Source: Peribolospora baueri
Taxonomy: Eukaryota
Length of the DNA: 64,000 nt
Assembly (NCBI GenBank): GCA_029717555.1
Contig: JAMDHS010000070.1
Location: 1-64,000 of the forward strand
Direction: 5' to 3'
Numbering within the stretch: the stretch's first letter is position 1; every line of letters starts with the position of its first letter. Below, in pieces: positions 1 to 11,810 of this stretch. The position numbers and the translations under genes are program-made. The notes below the pieces were generated by a model that was not told the origin of the DNA, did no database searches, and was given only the letters and a program-made list of their open reading frames with translations.

Positions 1-492
1 GTGGAGACGTTGAGGCAAGGAAAAGCCACAGTCGACAACGTCTTGAAAGCCATGGGCGAGTGCACCTGGGTCCACCTATCTTGCCACGGTCACCAGGACG
101 CCGAAAAGCCGATGGAGAGCGCTTTTATCTTGCACGAGGGCCGACGGCTTCTCCTCTCAGACATCGCCTCCCAGCGGCTTCAGCACTCGGATTTCGCGTT
201 CCTCTCGGCGTGCCATACCGCTGTCGGGGCGACCGAACTGTCGGACGAGTCGATCCACCTAGCCGCCGCCCTTCAGTGCGCTGGATTTCGAAGCGTGATC
301 GCGACGACGAGGGCTATTTACGACCAGGACGGTCCAACGGTCGCCGAGCACGTCTATCGGCACATGTTTCGAGGCGAGGGAAGGAACGCCACGGACGCTG
401 CTCGCGCCTTAAACGAGGCCGTGTTGGCTTTGCGTCGAGACAAGAGCGTCAAGGCGGATCGATGGATACCGTTCGTCCATATCGGCATTTGA
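1..492 (+). CDS. CHAT-domain (caspase-like, HetF-related) protein, C-terminal part; 5' end lies outside the window
   Basis: Motifs WVHLSCHG (catalytic His), SAFILHEG, FAFLSACHTAVG (catalytic Cys), DESIHLAAALQCAGFRSVIAT and terminal WIPFVHIG are typical of fungal TPR-CHAT proteins. Stop TGA at 490-492. Confidence 0.9.
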   Translation: METLRQGKATVDNVLKAMGECTWVHLSCHGHQDAEKPMESAFILHEGRRLLLSDIASQRLQHSDFAFLSACHTAVGATELSDESIHLAAALQCAGFRSVIATTRAIYDQDGPTVAEHVYRHMFRGEGRNATDAARALNEAVLALRRDKSVKADRWIPFVHIGI

Positions 493-1003
493 AGCATCAG
501 TCTTTGTGCTGCTGACACCTCACCTTTTCATCGGTTTCTCACGCACCGACCCACGTTTTTCCTTGCCTGTATCAGTTGTCTTCGTACCACCTCGTCTTTG
601 TCTTCGGCGCCGAATGCACGGCGATCATTTTGCACAACCGGTGAAACGTATCCAACCTCTCCACTTCTACCTGCATTCCCTCCTTCGTCCTGGTATACTT
701 CTCTAACTGCGTTGCAGCAATAGCCCACTCCTTCTGTCTGCGGACTCTTCCCTCGAACACGTTTCTCAAACCCCCCGGGACAATAGAGAGCAGTCATAGT
801 TTCTCGAAGCCGATCGTCCGCCAGCAGTGGCCAGCCTCGCGGCCTGCAAATCTCGTCCCCCTTGTCTTCTTCTGCTTGACGGTACGAGTCAACATAGACC
901 GAGCATCGAAGATTAGGCCCATTTTGGAGTGGCCGCTGTCAGAAACGGAGCTAGGAGGGCTGAGGCAGGCCGCTGTCATGAACAGAGCACACGCAGGTAC
1001 CAT

Positions 1004-1071
1004 CCGATCCGAGACTGTCATGATCACCGCCTCCGATCCGAGGCTGTCGTGACCGCCGCTCCCGATCCGAG
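1004..1071. repeat. 29-bp tandem repeat, about 2.3 copies
   Basis: CCGATCCGAG recurs at 1004, 1033 and 1062 with similar intervening sequence (actgtcatgatcaccgcct / gctgtcgtgaccgccgctc). Confidence 0.8.
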
Positions 1072-1327
1072 ATGGCACAATTGCCTTGTACTGGCGCATG
1101 CATGTTATATAGGGAGCCCGACAGGGCCTCCACCTTACCTTTCCTTTCGATACTTTTGTCACCACTCAGGTTCTTGAGTCTTGTCCTGCCTCTCTGCTTC
1201 CTTGCTCCCTTTCCTCCTCCTGTCTCGATTCGGTGTCGACTCCTAGTGCAACCCCTTCTGTTCCTCCTGCCTTGCCACCCGACGACCTGAGTAGGGAGCA
1301 ATCCCTGACAGCCCGCGCAGGGGCTAC

Positions 1328-1368
1328 TTAGGGTTAGGTTTTAAGAGTGTTAGGTTTTAAGAGTGTTA
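1328..1368. repeat. LINE 3' tail: 16-bp unit TTAGGTTTTAAGAGTG x2 fused to telomere-type TTAGGGTTAGG
   Basis: Read directly: ttagggttaggttttaagagtgttaggttttaagagtgtta. Units at 1334-1349 and 1350-1365. Confidence 0.85.
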
Positions 1369-4270
1369 TTCTACTGTTCCCACTTAAGGGTTGCGTGTGT
1401 TAACTACAGGACGAGAGGGGATTAAGCGAGAAGAGTTGGGCGAGAGAGCTAGAAGGAGTGGGTGAGAGAGGGGGAGGGAGTGGGTCGAGAGAGCGAGATG
1501 GAGTGGGGCGAGAGAGAGTGAGGGAGAGTGGAGCGATGGTTATGTTGGCAGGGTCTGGGTATGGGGGGGTGGTGTGAAGGGAGATATTCCGTCTGGCACG
1601 GGCGAAATCCTTGGAAGGTCGATGTGTATGTCTGTGTCTGGCAGGCCCAGTTGTGCGCCAATTATGTTGAGTAGGTGAAGGCCTATCGGTCGGTATTTGG
1701 TGCGGTTGAGGAGGAAATCGAGCATTGTGTATCCCTTGCGGCCGTTTATTGCGCGATTGAAATCTCGTTGAAGTTGCGTGTTGCGGCCCCGATTATGATC
1801 ATCGGTCACCTGTGTAATCGTGTCCTGGAAGCATGTGTCGACATGAGTTCGGCGGAATGTTGCGCCACAGCAACATGTTTTACCCAAGCCGAAGGTCCCC
1901 TTGCGCCATCGGAGTGCCAGTTGACGTTGCTGTCGATCCTTGATGAGCAAACACCTGTCGGTGAGTCCTGGGGTTTTCGATGTGTGGTCGATGTAGGTGC
2001 CAAGCTTGCCGACATTCTCGACCCTCTCAAGATACTCCTTGCGCTGGGCATGCTGCCATGCCTGTAGGGAGGCTGTGGCCCTTTCTGTCTGGGAACTGCG
2101 CCACTTCTTGACTATGCGCGATCTGGGGCAGAATTTGACGAGTGAGGCAAGGCATGATTCAAGACCGGAGGGGGTGGCAAGTGGGTGGGAGGGGGAGCGG
2201 GGGCAACCATTATCATCCACATAGCCGCCTTGGTAGTCTGGGCCATTTGGGCTATTGAGCTTCCCCACCAGCGGGTCTATGAAGAAGTTGAAGAGGACTG
2301 GGGAGATTGGGGCGCCTTGTGGGAGGCCACAGTGTCTTTCGAACGGGGCTGTTTCAAGTCCATTGACGACGAGGGATGCTGAGGCGCCGCTGGTTATTGA
2401 GGAGAAGGCTAGAGCCTGCCAATGGGCTGGGGCCCCTTTAGCTGCAAGTGCTGCTATGACATGCTCTGCTTTGACCGAGTCATATGCCGCCTTGAAGTCC
2501 AGGAGAATGGCAATGCTGTGGGGTCTTCGTCGAGCGACATGGTCTGCAATGAGGAGGTTGGAGAGGCAGCTCCAGCCTCTTCGAAAGCCAGCCTGGCCGG
2601 GGTGGAGTGCCGTCCATGTGTTCGGTTTGGCTTGGAGTCCTGGCAGGATGCCGATCTCGAAGAGGCGCCGGAACATCGGCAGGAGGGAGATTGGTCGAAG
2701 GTCCTTGGCAGTTGGATTGGTCTCCACCTTGGGTAGGAGGGTTACGATGGAGTTTCTCACTGTGGCCAGGGTCTGGATGATCCGGATCTGAATGCCATCT
2801 CGTCCACCTGACTTGACCCGGGGATACCTTTTGATGATCTTGAGAATCCTTTCCTCCGTGAGGAGGGTTAGTAACCCATAGCCATCCTCCTTGTAAGCCG
2901 GTAGGTCCCATGAGGGTGGCTCCGGGGGTGGAAGATCTTTTCCCCATATCTTCCCCCAATGCTCGACCACCTCCTCTTCTACTGTCTTTCCCTCTTCCCT
3001 TGTGACGATGGGGCAGGGATCACGGCTTCTTTGGGCTTTTTTTGAAAGCCCGGAGCGCTGCTGTGGGGTTTCCGGACTTATTGAGTACCTCGAGTGCCTT
3101 ATCCGGTTGGGAGCGGATTTCGGTGGCATTGTATGTGCCTAGGACCTCCTCTGCTACGGATGCGATTGCCTGTGTTAGAGTGAGGTCCATGGCATCGAGT
3201 AGGTTGGCCGCCTCTCGTCGTGATGTGGTTGCTGCCGCCCTGTCCCTCAGCCAGGAAAGCTGTTGGGTCGCTGCAGGGGTGAGAAGGTCATATACCTCGA
3301 CTAATCGTGCGCGGACTTCTGCTTTATCCAGGCTTCCGACTCGAAATCGTGTTAGCCCACGCCGCTGCTTGCTGGTATTTCCAGTCCCATTTTGTTGGCC
3401 GAGTCTTGCAGTGACACGGAGCAGGTGGTGGTCGGATGAGTATGGGAGCTGGGAGTGTGGGGTAACGTCATAGGAGGCGGCGTTGCCTTGTTGGATGAGA
3501 GCATTATCGAGTAGAATGTCACCTGGAGGAGCGACGAGCCTTGTGCCGGTGGCCGTCATCCAGGAATGGAAGATGGTTGCTCGTCCCTCAGTCAGATCAC
3601 GTCCCCTGCCACCTAAGGTTCGGTGGAAGCGGACATTGATGTCCCCCAGGACGAGGTCTGTGGTGCCCATCTCCTGTAGTGCCTTGGCACATAGGTGGTC
3701 CGGCATGCTGGGAGGTAGGTAGATTCCTGCGAGTGACCAATGGATGGTTTGGAGGCGGACCCAGTTATGGCCTTGCTGCTGGCCAGTAATGAGTCGTCGG
3801 GTGTTGTTGTTGATGAAGATGGCCGTTCCACCATGGGGTCGTTCTTGCATGTGCCAGGTCTCCCCAGCGATGAAGATGTCGAAGTAGTCGTTGCTGATCC
3901 AGTCAGTAATGGTGTTAAGTGTGCGGAGGTCTAGCCCTTATGAACGGCGAAGGACGAGAGAAGGGCGGATGGCGGTGAACTACGCGCGAACATCCTCCTT
4001 TGCGGCCTTGTGATGCTGCTGATCGTAGATCTGGGGGAACGGGAAGGGGGGTTCGGAGAGGAGAGTAGGACATGGATCATGGATGAGTGCGTCTCAACGG
4101 CGATCGAGGGACGATGGAAGCGCACGTTGGGGTTCGGATTGTGCGCCGTCTCGTTCCACGGCTCCGGGTGGTGCTCTCGGCTGCGACAAGGGGCCTTGAA
4201 AGGGGTAGGGCGGGGGAAAGGCGATCGGTGCGTCGATGAGCTGGGATGGGGAGGATAGACATGGAGGCAC
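1334..4270 (-). mobile_element. Degenerate non-LTR retrotransposon (APE endonuclease + reverse transcriptase); 5' boundary approximate
   Basis: EN motifs IAGETW, GGTAIF, GIYLPP, LGDIN, SDHHLL (about 3020-3960). RT motifs KSGGRDGI, LRPISLL, QAGFRRG, LLDFKAAYDSV, GLPQGAPISPVLFN, YVDD (1540-3129). Cys/His C-terminal motif TCCCGATFRRTHV. Frameshift between EN and RT and internal deletions. Pyrimidine-rich 3' UTR and tandem-repeat tail. Confidence 0.9.
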
Positions 4271-4463
4271 TCACATAATCATGACGTTCTAACAGCCGTC
4301 GGACGTCGGACGAGGGAGGGAGGCGAACAAGGAACAGAACAGAACGGGTGAGGAAGCCCGTACAACCGGACAGACGGGACTGAACGGGCGGCGGAGAGCG
4401 GTGGACGGTGGACAGACCTGGGAAAAGAACCTCAACGGTTTTACCAAGTTCAACTTCATCTGT

Positions 4464-4630
4464 GTTGCCGTTGCCGTTGCCGTTGCCGTCTTCTCGACGT
4501 ATACGATACGATCCGATACGATATTCGCTTGGCTTCGCCTTCGATCCTTCGATCCTTCGTTCTCCCGTCCTGTTCGCGGGTCAACCGAGTTCGAGTTCGA
4601 GTTCGAGTTCGAGTTCGGTATTCGGTATTC
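4464..4630. repeat. Microsatellite cluster (GTTGCC)n, (CGATA)n, (GAGTTC)n
   Basis: Perfect short tandem runs are visible in the sequence. Confidence 0.85.
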
Positions 4631-5821
4631 GGTAAGGACGGGCGAGGTGAAAGAGAGGAAGGGCAGGGGTAGAGGGTAGAGGGCGAAGGGCGAAAGGCGA
4701 AAGGAAACGAAAGGAAACGAAAGGAGAGGAGGAAAGGGGATCGAAGGACGAGGTATATCTATCCGTCGTCCGTCGTCCGTCAGTCATCATCCCGGGTACC
4801 ACTATGTCCCACCCGATCGACGACGACGACGGCGACGACGACGAAGGACCGAGAGTGAGCGACGGAGGCAACGGAGCAAGCCCTCGCGAGATCTGGTTGG
4901 TGACCAGCGTAGAGGGACGCGAAAACGACCCGCGAAAACGTCATACTTTCATACATATAAACCAGCCAGCCAGCCAGCCGGCCGGGACGAGCAACGACGA
5001 CGACGACGACGACAACGACGTCGGGATGGGCGACGTGCGACGTGTTACGGGAAAGAGAGAGAGACACACAGAGCGACAGAGTTGGCCGTCGGCGCCTTTC
5101 CGACTCGAGTTTCCCGTTTCCGTCCTCGCCGGCGCCCACTGACCGGACACACGACGCTCGGCGATCTCGATCTGGGCAGGCGAGGCGGCAGGCAGGCAAG
5201 CACGACAGGCCACTCTCCACGCTCCCACTTTCCTACTCCACTCGCCTCGCCTCGCCCACTCGCCTCACCTGGTACGCAGGGTATCCAGTTATCGTCATAG
5301 CCATCGCCAGCCATGTAGCCATGCATACATGGACCACCCTCCTTCCCTCCCTTCCTCCCTCGGTCTGCCCCTCGAAAGAAAACGCCGGTACGCTTACACG
5401 TACAGACGGACAGACGGACGACGGACGGACAAACAAAGGCAAGGGCGAAGGAAAGGACGGGGATGAAGGAAAGGATGGACGTAGATGGCGACAGCAAAGC
5501 TCCGTCGCGCGGCGTGCGCGCGACTTCCCAAGACGCATGGAGAGAAAACGGACGGAGACCTGAGAGAAGACCAAGAATGAGGGGAGAGAGGAGAGGAGAG
5601 CGCGGGTGACATACGAACGGACGAGCGGACGGACGGACGGGCGGACGAGGAGGGGGACAGTGCGATAGAGGCGAGAAGAGAGGAAAGAAAAACCCAGACG
5701 AGACCCCGGGATGCAAACATGGATCGAAACGCCAACGGACGGACGGACGAAGGACACATCGCCTTCTTTCCACCCCGACCGCCGCCGAGCGGGCAGGCCG
5801 TGCGGGCGAACGGACGAGAGC

Positions 5822-6465
5822 CTACATGACCACACACTTCTTCTCCTTCCTCCTCCTCTCCCCGCGGTCGTCGCCGTCGCCATCCCCGTAGCCCATGGCC
5901 TCAAAGGCGCGACACTGGCGGACGACGTCGGCGAACACCTCGTCGACGTTGATGCGTTTTCGCGCCGACGTCTCGTAGTACGGCACGTTTCCCCAGGCGC
6001 GCGACAGATTGGTGCCGACCTCGCGAGGGACTTGTCGGTCGAGGCGGAGGTCGGATTTGTTGCCCACGAGCACCAACGGTACCCGGTTGTTTTTTATCCG
6101 TACGATCTGCTCCCTCAGTGGGCCGAGCTCGTTGACGGAAGCGAGCTGGGTGAGGGAGAAGACGAGGATGAAGCCTTGACCGGACTTCATGTAGAGCTCC
6201 TTGAGCGCCATGAACTGTTCGGTGCCGGCCGTGTCAAGAATCTCGACCAAGCACTGCTGGCCGTCGATGATGAGCAACTTGCGATAGGTGTCCTCGATGG
6301 TGGGGTCGTAGGTGCTGACGAAGACGTTGCGTACGAACTGGACCGTCAGGGCGGACTTGCCCACTCCACCGCCTGCAGAGGAGGAAGGGAGGGTGAGCGG
6401 CAGGGCAGGGCAGGGATACAGAGTGTCCTCTCACCTCCCATGATCACGACGCGAGCCTCCCTCAT
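5822..6465 (-). CDS. RSR1: Ras-family small GTPase, Rsr1/Bud1-Rap1 type (2 exons)
   Basis: Exon 1 6465-6435 ([10 protein letters not shown]), intron 6434-6373, then [22 protein letters not shown] (Thr61, the Rap1/Rsr1 hallmark), NKSD, ETSA and CaaX CVVM. Confidence 0.9.
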
Positions 6466-9400
6466 GTCGATGACAATAGGCCGACGCTAGCAAAGTCGAA
6501 CTTGGGCACCGGTTGAAGAAAAGGAGGATTTGGTTCAGTAGCGGGGGCGGTGGGTGGAAAGAGCCGACGAATGGGACGAGTTGAGGGATCAAAGGCGGGA
6601 TGGGGGTGGGTGAGTGAGCGTCGGTGGAACGTAGTCAGACTGATGATTCCACGGGCGGGCGGTCGCGCGGGATCGGAGAGGTCCAATTTGGGGGTCGTGA
6701 GGGGTCGTGAGGGAAGGGTGCGAACGAAGGAAGAAGGGCGGGACTGGACTGGACTAGGCTGGTCTTCTTGCCGGCGAGGGAGGTGCGGTTGTGGTGGGAG
6801 CGTCGGTCGTTCGTTCGTTCGTTCGTTTGTCGTTGTCAAAGTCACAAACGGGGGGACGGAGGGCGGAGCGAGGGCGGGAGGGTCGTGATCGAGTCGTGAG
6901 TGGATCGTGAAGCGGCGGGCGAGGGTGGGGTGCGAGTGTGTGTCTGTGTCTGTGTATGTGTCTGCGTCTGTGTCTGTGTGTCGGCTTTTGGTGGGCGGCG
7001 TGGATGAGAGGATGGGGTGGGGAGAGAGAGAAGGGTGAGCGATTTGGGCTAGATAGCCAGCTAGCTAGGGCGGATTGGGATGGGATGTGAAGGGCGAGGG
7101 GAGGGATATGTGGAGGGTGGAGAGGGAGAGGGAGATGAGGAGATGGAGATGGAGATGGAGAAGAGCGGCGATGATGGGGCGGGGATGGGAAGGGATAGAG
7201 GGAAGGAAAGAGGGAAGAGGGAGAGGGAGAGAGCACGGGTGAATGGAAAAGGAGGGCGTTGGGGGAACCGACGGAGGGGACCACGCCAGACAGCCAGAGC
7301 CACCGACACACGCGCCCTCCCCTTCTAAACGCCGCCTCGCCCGGCCGGCTTCTCTCGAGAAGAGAAGAATAATAAGATGGCAAAGCCAACAAAAAAGAAA
7401 AAGAAAAGAAAAGTTAAGGACCACTCGTCCCACAACCGCCGCGAACCATATCTTCATCCCACCCCCTTCCTTCGCCCCCTCCTTTTCCCTCCTCCTCTCA
7501 CGCCGCGTCGCCATGGCACATTCGCGCGGATCCGCGACGTTCACGTTCACGTGCATTGCGATCATATTGGAGGGCCGTGCATGGTATGGCATGGCATGCG
7601 ACTCAGCATCGACGATAGGTAACGTTAAGTGGGTGGATGTATGGACGGACGGATGGATGGATGGATGGATGGATGGACAGGCAGGCAGGCAAGGTCGGGC
7701 TGCCATGCACGACTCCGCTAGGCCAAAATGCCCGTATTGCGTACGCAGCCTCTTTCAAAATTTCATACACGCCCCCTTCGCCTTCGCCTTCTACCCCGGT
7801 GCCGTGCCCGGTCCGTCCTCGCAGGGCAGGAAGGAAGGAACGACAAAGAGTGAACGAAGCGAGGACGGCGACGAGGACGGTGACGGGCGCTCGAGGACAT
7901 CACGCCCCATCGTCGCTCTCGATCTCGATCTCGATCGCATCGACCGGACCACGTTCATATCATCCTATCTATCATACCACGCCCCGGTCCCACAGCCAGG
8001 GCCAAGCCAGGTCGACTCAACAGGGTTTCGCACCTGCCCGTCCGTCGCCCACATGCCAGGGGAAGGGGAAAAGCGAACGGGGAAACCGAATATGGAAGCG
8101 AGTCGAAAAGGAGGAGCCGCCGATGGACGGACGGTTCACGGCTCGGTTCAAGGAGTCACGTGGGCCGGCTCTCGTCAGACAGACAGGGACATTAAGCGAA
8201 AAGAAAGGAGAATATAAAAATGGATACAAAAAGGCGAATGAATACAATACGCACGCAGGTCGCCACGCCACTTATTAAACGGCAGACGCTGTCGCTGTCG
8301 CAGTCGCTGTACCCGCCATCGTGGACTTGGACTTGATCGGGACGCCACTGTACAGTACGTACAGTAGCAGTAGCCACCGCGCCTAGCGCCCAGCCGTTCC
8401 GTTCCATTGGGTCGGCCGGCCTTCCGACCGCCCTCCAGCGAGCCAGCGAGCCAAAAGTCGAAATAGACCGCAGTCGGATCGCCATTCGGTGGACGTCGGC
8501 GGCGCAGCGGCAGATGACGGAGAGTATCAACGTCACACGCATTACTTCTATCAAGTGGAGCTACAATTACATATGCACATTCACGTTTTAATTCAAGATA
8601 AACCGGAAAGGACGCTTGCTCGCTACAGCTCTACCGACCGACTCGTCCCTCGACCGCCGCGTCCACTCCCGCCATGGAGCCTACCATCAGCGGGCGGTCC
8701 TTGGTCCTTGGCGACATGGAACGTTCCCAGTTCGGCCTCCAACGTGTGTACCCCGCTCGCTCGTTGACGAACCCTCCCTCGCCCGTCGTCGTTCTTCTTC
8801 TCCTTCAGCTCTCCCCGCCCACCCGTCCCCCGCTTTTCCATGTTTGCCTCGGCTGGCTTCCCGCGTCGCTGGCTGGGCCGAGAAGGAGGCGGAGACCGAT
8901 GGCGAGCCAGACAGAGCCAGGCGGCCGCCTCTCAGCCCGCGTTGTTTCGAGCGAGTGCCGTGACCGTGATCGTGTTGTATGCTCAGACGCCGTTAGTGAG
9001 AGCGGGCGCGAGCGCGACGTCGAGCCTTTGGCTGCTCTCTGCTCGAGCTGCGAGCGAGCGAGCGAGCGCCGTCTCTCTGCTCACCTTGCCTTCCTTCTCC
9101 TAACTAACCCGACGGACGTAAAGGCTTGCCCATCTCGACGTCGACCCATCGTTATCCTCTCCTCCTCCCTTTTTCTCCCTTCCCTCTCCCCTTTTTTTCT
9201 TCTCAGATTCGCCGACCCTCGATCAGACAGAGAGATAGTCACGTGGGCGCCGCGTGGAGACCCCGCACGCACGCACGCACGCATGGGTCAAGCCCCCCTT
9301 GAACGCATTCGACCTTGCGGGGAAGGGCCGCGCTGGGCGAGGCGAGCAAGACAGGCGCGGGCGAGGCAGGCAGGCAGGACCGCTGTGTGGCCTCACGCTC

Positions 9401-9512
9401 ACCTCGCCCTTCGTCATCGTACTACCACCATCTCGACGATCACCAGCCAGCTCGCCCTCGCCCATCCAAGCCCAACTCGTCTCATCTCTCTCTCTCTCTC
9501 CTCGCCGTAACC

Positions 9513-10170
9513 ATGGCCACCGCTTTCCTCGCCAAGGTGAGCCACCCTCGCCCTCGCCGCGAGCGCAGACCGATACTGACCTCACACCCGTCTACCTCGC
9601 CTTGAATCGATGACCCACCGGACGTCGTCGACACCAGAACGCCGCTCTCGCGTGAGTCGCCACACGAGCCCTCTTCCTGACCCTCGTCGCCCTCCCTACC
9701 TCGCTCACCTCCTCCCTCCTCGACATCCGTCCCCGTCCACACAGGCCCCTCTTCCTCGCCGTCGGTGCCGGCGTCGGCGGCGCGCTCGCCTTTGGCGGCT
9801 ACTACCTTACAAAGTCGCCCGACGTGGTCATCGACAAATCCAAGAAGCCCCAGCCTTGGAACCTTGTTGAACAGCACAAGAACACCAAGGTGAGCCGCCG
9901 ACCAGCCAGCCAGGGAGCGGTGGCGCGGCTCCGCTGACTACGCCCGACGTCTTGCACCGCCCGCAGCTCTGGTCCCCCAACTCGCAATTCTGGTCCTCCC
10001 GCACCTCCCTCCCCGACCCGCGCGCCGCGTTCCTCGACTCGAACTCGACGACGACGACGACGACCGCCGCCGGAAAGGACGCCAAGTCGGCCGCGTCCGC
10101 CCCCGCCAGCCGCGCGCTCGCGTTGGCCGAGCAAAGGGAGAAGGCTAAGAAGGAGGCTGGCGTCGCTTGA
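9513..10170 (+). CDS. NDUFA4/MLRQ (B12D)-like mitochondrial respiratory subunit (4 exons)
   Basis: Spliced product MATAFLAK-NAALA-PLFLAVGAGVGGALAFGGYYLTKSPDVVIDKSKKPQPWNLVEQHKNTK-LWSPN. The PLF...PDV...PW pattern is that of the NDUFA4 family. GT-AG introns throughout. Confidence 0.8.
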
Positions 10171-10789
10171 GAAGGCGGGGGAGCGATGCCCCTGGCCTGG
10201 CTTGGCCAGGAGCAAAGTCGTTCGTCGTTGATGATTCCCCCCTGTAGATCATATATTCCCTCTCTTTTTCCGAGATGCGAGAACGGAACGTTCGTTGTGT
10301 GAAGCGAGGCGGGCACCACCGCCGTGCCGTACCCGTACCGGACGGACGGCTACAAAGACACGAGCAAACGATCGCACATGGACGTTCCTCTCCAAGCCCA
10401 CAGACGGTCGGCGCGACGATCATTGAGATGCGAGCGCACGCTCGAGACTGGCCCTCGTTTTCGCTACCAAGAGCGGATTCGAACGACAACGGGACGACTT
10501 TTGGATGATCACTCGGCCGCACGATGGAGGATCGATCATCCATTACCCGAAGCGGTCGTGGGGGTGGGTGAGAACTAGTGTACAGTACAGCGAGCCGCGA
10601 CGACGCCGAGAGTAGTGAAACACAGAACAAGGCGCCGCAAAGACGGGCGCGGCCTTGGACGAGGGGAGAAGGGATGGGGATGGGGGAGACGAGGTCGCGG
10701 GCGAATCATACAAAGGGAGCCTGAATGGAGGAGAGAGAGAGAGGCTGAGGCGAGGCGAGGCGAGACAAAGACGAGACGTGGCGACGAGT

Positions 10790-11328
<539 letters not shown>

Positions 11329-11499
11329 TGCGAGAGAAGGGATGGGAGGTGGAGAAAGGTAGCGAAGCGGTGGAAGAGTGCGAGGACGAGGCGGAGCTGG
11401 ATGAGATGAGGGAGGAGAACGCTGAGCGCGACGTGTCTGCACCCCGCGCTATTTATCAAGCAACCGCGCGCACGATCGGTCGTGCCAGCCAGACATTGC

Positions 11500-11612
11500 C
11501 CGGGGCACGTGACGCGCAATTGGCGCTGACGCGCCGACGAATCGCGCTGACGCCTTGGACGAATTGGCGCTGACGTGCTGACTGATCGTGATCCCGCCGC
11601 AGCAGCGTCACC
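11500..11612. promoter_or_regulatory. Repeated motif in the bidirectional H2B/H2A promoter
   Basis: Three near-copies of GACG..AAT(T/C)G(G)CGCTGACG (about 11511-11576), an inverted GCGTCA at about 11605 and two reverse CCAAT boxes. Confidence 0.55.
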
Positions 11613-11810
11613 CTTAATCCCCCCCCCCCCCCCCACCGGGCGAGCCGCGGGTCGATCGACGGGTGGAGTGATACAAAAAGCCGCGCGAGCCAAGACGATT
11701 CGGTCGCCTTCCCCCACAAGAATCCAATCCGCCTCCTTCGCTCGCACCACTCTTCGTGCCTACACCTCCATCTCTCTCTCTCCCGACCCCACTCAACCTC
11801 TTTTTGCAAA

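Noticed and set aside
1328..1338. Telomerase RNA gene or true telomere
   Set aside because: Only 11 nt, interstitial and embedded in a LINE tail; no pseudoknot or CR4/5 could be supported. Kept only as a finding.
4400..9500. Many 100-320 aa ORFs around the Rsr1 gene
   Set aside because: They are low-complexity translations of microsatellite and GA-rich DNA, or antisense shadows of real genes in GC-rich sequence.
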